This document shows positions 48,670 to 57,300 of a stretch of DNA of 64,000 nucleotides, one piece after another; position 1 is the first letter of the stretch; every line of letters starts with the position of its first letter. Under the pieces are notes generated by a model. That model saw only the letters and a program-made list of their open reading frames with translations, was not told the DNA's origin and ran no database searches. Position numbers and translations under genes: made by a program. The stretch lies in the IMG/VR virus record IMGVR_UViG_3300020416_000002; one strand, 5' to 3'. The stretch is from a virus.

Positions 48670-49218
48670 CTAGTTGATCATACCCACTCTGGGGTCAGAG
48701 TCCTTGACTGTGTGAGGATCCATTTCTCCTTTTGGTAGGTAAGGTAATTCACGCAATGCCCTAACACTGGGATCAGTTGTAACATTTGTGGGCAATCGTC
48801 CAAGAGCGACATTATCAAAGTTAAGTTGATGCCTGTCAAATGTAGCGAGTTCATACTCCTCCGTCATAGATAAACAATTTGTAGGGCAATACTCAACGCA
48901 ATTACCACAAAAAATACATGCACCAAAGTCGATTGAATAATTTCTTAATTCTTTCTTTTTGGTTTCTTTATTCATTACCCAGTCTACCACAGGTAGATTA
49001 ATTGGGCAAACTCTCACACATACCTCACATGCTATGCACTTATCAAATTCATAATGTATTCTTCCTCTATATCTTTCAGATGGAATGAGTTTCTCATAAG
49101 GATACTGAACTGTTACAGGTCTTCGACCCATATGATCAAGAGTTACAGAGAGACCCTGCAACATATATTTTGCTGCGTTCTTAATTTCTTTTAGATAATC
49201 AAGGACTCCTTTAATCAT
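48670..49218 (-). CDS. ndhI: NDH-1 subunit I (auxiliary metabolic gene)
   Basis: [22 protein letters not shown]; two 4Fe-4S motifs [12 protein letters not shown] and [12 protein letters not shown]; start re-called at MIKGVL. Confidence 0.95.
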   Translation of the reverse strand: MIKGVLDYLKEIKNAAKYMLQGLSVTLDHMGRRPVTVQYPYEKLIPSERYRGRIHYEFDKCIACEVCVRVCPINLPVVDWVMNKETKKKELRNYSIDFGACIFCGNCVEYCPTNCLSMTEEYELATFDRHQLNFDNVALGRLPTNVTTDPSVRALRELPYLPKGEMDPHTVKDSDPRVGMIN

Positions 49219-49301
49219 ACCCACGCATATGTTGAAAATACAAGTGCGACACCCACCAATCCAAATACTATGCAAGATGATCTAATTGGTAAATCTCTCA
49301 T
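49215..49301 (-). CDS. 28-aa hydrophobic micropeptide coupled to ndhI
   Basis: [28 protein letters not shown]; ATGA overlap with ndhI. Confidence 0.55.
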   Translation of the reverse strand: MRDLPIRSSCIVFGLVGVALVFSTYAWV

Positions 49302-49330
49302 TGGTTTTTCTTAACTCTATAAGTATTTAC

Positions 49331-49359
49331 ACTATAAGTGTTTTTACCTATGTTGTCAA
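49331..49359 (-). promoter_or_regulatory. sigma70-like promoter for micropeptide-ndhI
   Basis: TTGACA-17-TATAGT, followed by a TAAATA late-type box. Confidence 0.7.
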
Positions 49360-49363
49360 GTCA

Positions 49364-49495
49364 TCACCTTTTGACATCATGAGCACAACCATCACCTTTG
49401 TAATCGTCACTATCATAATATCCACCTTTTGTACCAAAGTAAAGTGTGATTGCCACGAAAGGCAATGCAACTACAGTTAAAAAAATTCCGAACAT
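49364..49495 (-). CDS. ndhP: NDH-1 small subunit NdhP (not in ORF track)
   Basis: MFGIFLTVVALPFVAITLYFGTKGGYYDSDDYKGDGCAHDVKR: one TM helix plus the FGT-x-x-G-x-YDSDDY-x-G-x-G-x-AH signature. Confidence 0.85.
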   Translation of the reverse strand: MFGIFLTVVALPFVAITLYFGTKGGYYDSDDYKGDGCAHDVKR

Positions 49496-49501
49496 AATAA
49501 T

Positions 49502-51466
49502 TTAGTAGATAACTCTAATGTCTCCTCCATTAGGTATAACCTGATATGGAGCTCCAGCAACTGCTCTACCAGCAGGAGCAGCTCCCGCTTGACCCCAGTC
49601 ACCACCTGCAATGCCAGGTGTGCCAGGTGTGCCTGGTGTGCCAGGTTGCCCATTGCCGCCTGGTGTACCTGGCGTACCTGGTTGACCTGGTGTGCCATCT
49701 GTCCCATCATCGCCAGGTGTGCCAGGTGTGCCAGGTGTTCCATCGGTGCCTGGTGTGCCAGGTGTTCCATCACCGCCAGGTGTGCCAGGTGTTCCGTCAC
49801 CTCCATCAGAACCTGGTGTGCCAGGTGTGCCTGGTGTGCCAGGTGAGGCAGCATTACATGATGCACTACCGCCAGGTGTACCAGAACCGCCAGGTGTTCC
49901 ACTGCTTCCACTACCGCCAGGTGTGCCTGGTGTTCCAGATCCACCTGAAGAACCTGGTGTGCCAGGTGTTCCATCGGTACCTGGCGTTCCAGCAGTGCCA
50001 GGTGTGCCAGGCGTACCTGGCGTACCTGGCGTGCCAGGTGTGCCTGGTGTTCCAGCACCACCTGGCGTAGCAGAGGTGCCTGGTGTACCTCCAGAAGAAC
50101 TCAAAGCACCTGTTTTATTATTCCAACCTCTACCTTCAGATCCAGATCCAGCAAAACCTTTTAGACCTTTAATACCATTGAAACCACCATAACCTTTATT
50201 ACCACCTTGTCCACCAAATCCACGGAATCCACCTGCACCACCAAATCCTTTGGCACCGCCTGATCCTGCTGATCCACCCTGTCCTCCGTAGCCACGACCG
50301 CCACCAGATCCACCTGATCCACCGCCGCCACCAGATCCACCAGATCCACCGCCGCCACCAGATCCTGGTCCTCCACCAAAGCAAGCAACTTTTGATTGTG
50401 ATGTGCCTGGTTGATTTACTGTACTCCTATTTTGAACACTAACCTGATTCGATACTCTACTTCTTCTTCTACCTTGACCCCACCATCCTCTTCTACTCCT
50501 CCTTTCCTGTCGCTGATTCTGTTGTGCTACGGTTACATTTTGGAATGTGTATGTAAATGACAATGTGGTTCTCTGCATACCAGGTGAACCAAATGAACCT
50601 GGCGTACCTGGTTGACCTGGCGATCCATCACTACCTGGCGTACCTGGCGATCCATCGCCGCCATCAGAACCTGGCGATCCATTGCTTCCGTCAGAACCTG
50701 GCGATCCGTCCACGCCAGGACTGCCAGGCGACCCATTAACACCTGGCGATCCATCTACACCGTCAACACCATTTCCAACAAAATTGCTACCATCTACACC
50801 ATCTACACCGTCAACACCATCGGATCCACCACCACCACCTGCATAAATTCTAGATTGACCACCCTCACACTCAACAAAAACTACACGAGTAGATGGTGCA
50901 CCAGGATTTGTTATCTTAACTGCGTTACCACCTGGTTGATTTTTTGCACCACCAGCAGCATAAACACCATCACCAGCAGGAGAGTTAGCAACAAAAATAT
51001 GTAGATTAGATGATGCTGAACTAGCAATAGAAACGGAAGGTTGAGCTACTTGGTCGGATACCATCCTACCCCTAATCTTCAAATATTTTGTGATATTTTT
51101 ATTGAGATTAGAATTCCAGTCTACTGCTGCTTGTGTTGAGGGAGATGATAGTGTACCAACATCAAAGTATTGTTCCTCTGTATTAGGATCCTGTTCTAAA
51201 CAATATTCTTTAATTACACTTCTAACATCATCAGGAGAAATTTCTCCACTAGTAGGTACACCTACATTCTCTGTAGAATCTAAAATGTATGGAAGATCCC
51301 CACCTTGATATGGTGCATCAAGATCAGTTACCCTACGCAATTCAGATGCTGCTAACTGTTTGTTTGGATCACCAACAGCATTTCTAATATCACCAAATGA
51401 ATGTTGTGTGCCAGGTGAACCAGTGAGTAGTAACTTAGTAGTGTTTGACCAGTCGTTTGCTGCCAT
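49502..51466 (-). CDS. gp38-like adhesin / fibre-tip protein with Gly-X-Pro and Gly-rich tracts
   Basis: IYAGGGGG and GGDWG..AGRAV frame with long (GTP/GSP/GVD)n repeats; follows the tail fibre genes. Confidence 0.75.
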   Translation of the reverse strand: MAANDWSNTTKLLLTGSPGTQHSFGDIRNAVGDPNKQLAASELRRVTDLDAPYQGGDLPYILDSTENVGVPTSGEISPDDVRSVIKEYCLEQDPNTEEQYFDVGTLSSPSTQAAVDWNSNLNKNITKYLKIRGRMVSDQVAQPSVSIASSASSNLHIFVANSPAGDGVYAAGGAKNQPGGNAVKITNPGAPSTRVVFVECEGGQSRIYAGGGGGSDGVDGVDGVDGSNFVGNGVDGVDGSPGVNGSPGSPGVDGSPGSDGSNGSPGSDGGDGSPGTPGSDGSPGQPGTPGSFGSPGMQRTTLSFTYTFQNVTVAQQNQRQERRSRRGWWGQGRRRSRVSNQVSVQNRSTVNQPGTSQSKVACFGGGPGSGGGGGSGGSGGGGGSGGSGGGRGYGGQGGSAGSGGAKGFGGAGGFRGFGGQGGNKGYGGFNGIKGLKGFAGSGSEGRGWNNKTGALSSSGGTPGTSATPGGAGTPGTPGTPGTPGTPGTPGTAGTPGTDGTPGTPGSSGGSGTPGTPGGSGSSGTPGGSGTPGGSASCNAASPGTPGTPGTPGSDGGDGTPGTPGGDGTPGTPGTDGTPGTPGTPGDDGTDGTPGQPGTPGTPGGNGQPGTPGTPGTPGIAGGDWGQAGAAPAGRAVAGAPYQVIPNGGDIRVIY

Positions 51467-51477
51467 ATTATATTACC

Positions 51478-54294
51478 TTATGTTAGTGATAGGGTTGCAG
51501 ATCCTACTCCTGCTACATCTATACTTAGGTTAGTACCGTTAACGATAATAGAAACACCAGTTGTTGCACTACCAACTAATGATCTCCATACACTATCTGA
51601 ACCGTAAACCTGTACTTGATCAGTAGGTCTATAGTAGATCATGTTACTAGTAGACCAACCTGGTGGTTGCTCAGGTGGTGCAGTAGGTTCATCGGTAACT
51701 TTTTGACCTTCATTTTCGATTAGTCTACCTAAGAATCCTCTCTCTTCTAGAACATTATAGTCTAGTTCAGTTGATAGACCAACACTTTGACTATCTTCAA
51801 ATCTAACTCTAAATTTCTTAGTATGACCATCATACCACATACTACCTTCATAATCCTCATCATTAACATCTACAATAGAGGGATTACCAGGTACACCACC
51901 ACTAGGAATATAGTTTCTAGGTAAGACAAACGCCTCACCCGCATACCTCATATCCAAACTACCGCCAGGTTTATCAGTATTGAAACCGACTCTATTTGTT
52001 GTGCTACCACCAACACCAATGGTTCCACCGATACCAAGATGATTATTTCTGATTAAAATTTGACTATAAATGTCAACTTGTGGATCACCATTACCTGACA
52101 TTCTTGTATTGGTGGTTCCGATACCAACATTACCTTCAAATATTGCCTGTGTATTGATTAATTGACCATTAGGTTCTCTCAACAATCCAACATGTAGTAA
52201 GTCAGTTGCTGCTCTATCACCAGATGTAGTTCCAATACCTATACCCTTTCCTTCATTCCTAGTGTCAATGAATAACTCAGAGGTTCCACTAATTTGAAGA
52301 CCACTAGCAACTCTGGATGAAATACCAAGAGTGTTAGCACCAATTCCAAGACCTATGTACTTACCAAATACCTCGGTGTCATTACCAGATGAAATCTTAA
52401 TATCATTAAATGTTGATACGCCTGCAAAACCGATAAACTTAGTACCAGTGATGAGACCAGTAACACCATCTACCTTAGCACTACCAACATCAATAGTTCC
52501 AACACCAGAAACAGTAAGACTACCATTAACATTGAGATCTTGTACTGTTGATACTCCACTAACAGTTAATCCAGCAGCACCAATTGTTGCCTTGTCTCCT
52601 TGGAATCCTGCGGTCATTGTACAGAATCCTGCACCAGTAATACCACCATTGACGCCAAATAGTTGACCATTCATAGTCACACTAGCACCAACTACGATAC
52701 CCTCTACATATTCAGCACCACCAGATGAGAAGATTTTACCACAAGTTACTGCAGCACCTGCTACATCAATACCTAGTTTACCTACACCTCCACCAGAACT
52801 GAAGTTTACAGCACCACAAGTGAGGACACCTGATTGAATATCTACTCCAGTTGTAGAGATTGAACCTCCAGTAGAGAAGATGATAGGTCCTCCGATAGTT
52901 AAACCACCACCAACAACTACACCACCACCAAGGAATTGACCACCACCAGTAAAGTCACCTCTACCCTGTGCAGTTACACCTCCATTAACACAACTCAGTG
53001 ATCCACAAGTAAATCCACCACCAACAGTCATACCATTAGAGGTATTTAATTCATCGCATGTTATATCCCCTTGGAATACCATGTCACCTGCACCAGTGAC
53101 AGTTCCAGTAAATGAACTAATACCAGCAACAGATAAACCAGCACCAACATTCAATACATCAATATCTGTTTCCGCACCAATATTAAGACTACCCGTAATA
53201 CTTCCAGCAATACCAACACTACCATCAACAATCAAATCTCCTTGATGGACTCTGACAGTACCAATAAATCCTGCTGCCTCACCAATAGCAGAACTAGTAT
53301 TACCAACACCTATGAACTCACCCACCAATAGATCTTGTCCAATAGTGCTAACACCTGATCCTTTGATGATAGAAGGTGCAATACCATCAACAGTTACAAG
53401 ATCAACAAGAATCTCTGGTTGACCTAACAAACTAAATGCAGTTTGAGCACCAATAGCAGTAGTTGCAGTACCACTAAATGTCGTAGCAGTAATAACTCCT
53501 GCCTCAGCAACAACTCCACCACTAATTCTTAAAGTTTGGAAACTTGTGATACCAGTAAATGTACCACCAACACCTTGAATATCTGTAACACTAATACTAG
53601 GAGAATCTGTCAATCCTGCTGCTACAACTGCTCTTGTGGCATTTGTAATCGTACCAATAAATGTAGGTGCTTCAACTGTTGATGTAGCAGTGACAGTGGA
53701 GAATGTACCAACATCAGCAACAACAGTTCCCTGCCCTTGTCCACTAGAGTTAACAGCAGTAATATTTTTTGCAACTAATCCTTCAAATGTACCGACACCA
53801 CTATTGGCATCCATGAATATCTCAAACCCTACACCAAAATCTGCACCGTCTCTTGGTCTTTCTGTACCAACACCTACATCTTTAAGAGAATATATTGTAT
53901 CACCAGCACCAGGATTGATCCATACAGATACAGGTAAATCTACTAAGTTTGCACCAGAACCAAAATATTCTGTTGCCCTTACTACACCACCTTCAGTTAC
54001 TGTAAATCCCGTAGTCCCAACACCAACTTGGAAAGCTGCTTCTGGTACCGTAGTTCCGATACCTACTGACGAACCAGTTCCAACATTTAATGTACCATAA
54101 TATGTTGCTACTCCAGTGACAGTTAAATCATTTAACTCTGTCAGGTTATCGACAATGACATTGCCGCGAACATCGAGTTGTTGTCTAGGTATCGTGCTTC
54201 CGATACCAACCAGACCATTATTAGAAATCAGGTCATCAGTATCTACCTGAATACCGTCTCTGAAATTGATTACTGTTTTATAATTGCTAGGCAT
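51478..54294 (-). CDS. Tail fibre protein
   Basis: 938 aa with VGIGT and G-x-L-x-V-x-G beta-repeats. Confidence 0.85.
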   Translation of the reverse strand: MPSNYKTVINFRDGIQVDTDDLISNNGLVGIGSTIPRQQLDVRGNVIVDNLTELNDLTVTGVATYYGTLNVGTGSSVGIGTTVPEAAFQVGVGTTGFTVTEGGVVRATEYFGSGANLVDLPVSVWINPGAGDTIYSLKDVGVGTERPRDGADFGVGFEIFMDANSGVGTFEGLVAKNITAVNSSGQGQGTVVADVGTFSTVTATSTVEAPTFIGTITNATRAVVAAGLTDSPSISVTDIQGVGGTFTGITSFQTLRISGGVVAEAGVITATTFSGTATTAIGAQTAFSLLGQPEILVDLVTVDGIAPSIIKGSGVSTIGQDLLVGEFIGVGNTSSAIGEAAGFIGTVRVHQGDLIVDGSVGIAGSITGSLNIGAETDIDVLNVGAGLSVAGISSFTGTVTGAGDMVFQGDITCDELNTSNGMTVGGGFTCGSLSCVNGGVTAQGRGDFTGGGQFLGGGVVVGGGLTIGGPIIFSTGGSISTTGVDIQSGVLTCGAVNFSSGGGVGKLGIDVAGAAVTCGKIFSSGGAEYVEGIVVGASVTMNGQLFGVNGGITGAGFCTMTAGFQGDKATIGAAGLTVSGVSTVQDLNVNGSLTVSGVGTIDVGSAKVDGVTGLITGTKFIGFAGVSTFNDIKISSGNDTEVFGKYIGLGIGANTLGISSRVASGLQISGTSELFIDTRNEGKGIGIGTTSGDRAATDLLHVGLLREPNGQLINTQAIFEGNVGIGTTNTRMSGNGDPQVDIYSQILIRNNHLGIGGTIGVGGSTTNRVGFNTDKPGGSLDMRYAGEAFVLPRNYIPSGGVPGNPSIVDVNDEDYEGSMWYDGHTKKFRVRFEDSQSVGLSTELDYNVLEERGFLGRLIENEGQKVTDEPTAPPEQPPGWSTSNMIYYRPTDQVQVYGSDSVWRSLVGSATTGVSIIVNGTNLSIDVAGVGSATLSLT

Positions 54295-54321
54295 TATTTT
54301 AGGGTAGACAAGACCTTTTAC

Positions 54322-57300
54322 TTATTTATCTTTGATGTCATCAACTTGTTGTGACAAGTCTTTGACTGCCTCAATTAGTAGAGGTATTAGTTTATTATAG
54401 TGGACACCTTTAGTGCCGTCAGGTTTTGTTGATACTGCCTCAGGTAGAACCTTCTCTACATCTTGAGCAATGACACCAATGTCATGTCCAGTGTAGTTTT
54501 TGTTATTCTTCCAGTCATACTCAGTACCACGAATTTGCATAACTTTAGAAATAGGATCATCTAGTGTGGATACATTTTCTTTAAATGCAATGTCAGAGGT
54601 TTGACCATAGAAGGCAATAATATCATCACAGAAATGAACAGGACCACCACAGAATGTAACTCCAGCACCACTATGGAAGAAGTCTCCACTAAATGTAGTG
54701 AATCCAGTAAATTCAACATCTTGATTAAATGTTACTGGTGCATCATAAGCGGTATCAGTTGCAATTGCAACCTTAAAGCCTGGTGCTGCATTAAGAACCA
54801 GATCACCAACACCAAACTTAGTTGTAATCTCAGTCTTATTAGTACCAACACCAATTTTAACATTGTTGATGTTTGCACCGCTAGGGAAGGAACCAGTAAA
54901 TTCAATTGTACCAGCAAGTTCAATACTACCACTAGATACAACCTTACCAGTAAAGTTTACATCATTGGTAAATGTAACAGGACCATCAAACTGTGACAGG
55001 ATATTTTGTTGAGCACCACCCTCAACATTAATTCTTTGTTTGACTGTAATTTCATCAACAACAATAGAGTTAGCAGATGGATCCTCACCTGTAATGGTAG
55101 GAATAGGAATATCAAATGATTTTTCCTGTCCAGTAGCAGAGTTGATCTTCTTATTACCAATGAAGAAATCACCTCTGTTATTTAAACCAGTGTATACAAC
55201 AGTACCACCACTTCTATTTTGTGCTTGAGATAGATATTCCTCAACCTCAGTTAGTGATCTATTCTGAACCTGAGGTAGTGATGTTGAATAGTTACCAGGA
55301 CCATAACCAAGATATTCAAATGTGTGACCCGACGCTCTTAAGATAGATGGTCTTCTAGTTTCCACCGCAAGAATATTCATTTTCTTGAGAGGAGTTCCAA
55401 TAGGGTAAGATTTAGGAATTGTTCCCATTTGACCTCTGAGAACACTGAATGAATCATTACCAGCACCACCAAGTCCAGTAGATGAAACTCTAACAATCTC
55501 GTTTCCAATTTCTAAGTAATCACCAAGTTGGAATCTGTTTGCAGTTCCAATACCACTAGCATGTTGTACAGGGAATGAGGTATCTGTGTTAGCAACATCA
55601 GTCTTAAGACCAACCATGTCACCACCATAGAACTGTACAAATCTAGATCCAATCGCCTCATTGATATTAATCTTCTGATCATGATCAGAGTGTGCATGTC
55701 TCAGGATCTTGAATGTGCTACCCGCACCAACAGTAACTTGCGGATCATTTGTAGTTCTAGCAGTAAATGATGTGACACCAGTTGCAATAGCATCAATGTA
55801 GAAATCACCAATCTTAACATTGTCACCATTAATTAAAGTAAATTGATTACCTTGTCTAAGTCCATGAGCAGAATCAGTTACAAATGTAGTAATACCAGTT
55901 GTGGTATCGAACGATGTAGATGAAACACCTAAGGATTGACCAACCACAAATGCAAACTGACCTGAGACCACAGTAGGATCAGTAGTTGTTACACCAATTG
56001 TAAATGAAGTCTCATCCAATACATTTTGAATTACATGATATGTGTCACTAGTATTACCTGTACCAGTAAACTGAACTACATTTCCTACGGCATTAATAAT
56101 AGATGATGTAGGGACACCAATAGATGCACCAGCAAAATTCTCAGGGAATAATGTGGCACCACCTGTGTATCCTGCACCAGGACTTTGAATTGTAAGGTCA
56201 GTGATAAATGTGCTACCAGCACCAACTGTTACAATTGCAGTTGCACCCTGCCAATTACCAGAATTATCAAGTAATCTAACATTGTACTTAGTAGTTTCAG
56301 CAAATCCAACACCACTATTAAATGGTGATAGATTCTCATGCTCTACAAAACCATTGAAGGTATGCATACCCTTCAATTGAATGGTAGAAATACCAGAGGA
56401 TGCAGGGGTGGCACTAGATACAGCAAGTCCAACACCAAATGCGGTGGAGAACTTATTCATTGCCTCTCTAGTAACAGAGTTTAAAATACTATTAGTCTCA
56501 ACCTTACCAATTGGATCTCTTCTTGCAAATGAAACAGATGGTGGTGGATTCTTTCTTATATTGTCTCTATCTAACTGTGGATAGAAATCAGTGATCTGTT
56601 GACTATATTTTTGATTGGTAAACTCTGTGGGTGGTGCATAATCAGATGCCAACACCTCTAATAGATACACACCATCACTCTCATCTTTTTCATATTGAGA
56701 GATAATAGTGGATCTATAAACATCAAAGTTACCTTGATTGTTATTGATACTGAATCTAGGAAGATCTGTTGTTCTGTTTGAGTTCTTCTCTATATAATTA
56801 CCAGTATTTTTCTTGTCACCACTGGTATCAGTATTACTATACTGGAACTCCATGTTGTTAGGAACAGCAGTTACAACATAGAAACCATTGTATCCTTTTT
56901 CTGCAATTGCAGTAGGATTATTAGAGTCAGCGATGTCTTCTGTAAAAACGATATCACCAACTCTGACATTATGAGGTAACTCTGCTCTAACTGTTACAGT
57001 ATCACTAAGTTCACTACATGTAGCAATGAAACTGTACTTTCTCTTAAAGTCATGATCCTTTGCAGTGATACTAGTTGCAGTAATATCAGATGTCTTAGCA
57101 AAACCAGTAGATCCAGTGTTCTGTAACACAAAACCTTGAACTGGATCTCTAGAGTTATCTACCTCTTTGGGAATAACATAGCGTAATTTATATAATTTAT
57201 TTTCAATGCTTCTATTGTCCTCAAATCTCTTGAAGTATGATGGATCTGTCTCAGTAGTAGTATTAACATTAGGGTTGTTAACAATTTCAGAGAAGATTCT

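Noticed and set aside
49219-49275. N-terminal extension of ndhI in the ORF track
   Set aside because: Overlaps the micropeptide; NdhI-like sequence begins at the coupled ATG at 49218.
49477-51004. Many alternative-frame and antisense ORFs over the adhesin (HLAHQ, CQV, CARC, PGV, WR repeats)
   Set aside because: Shadows of the 9-nt G-X-P repeat, which lacks stops in other frames.
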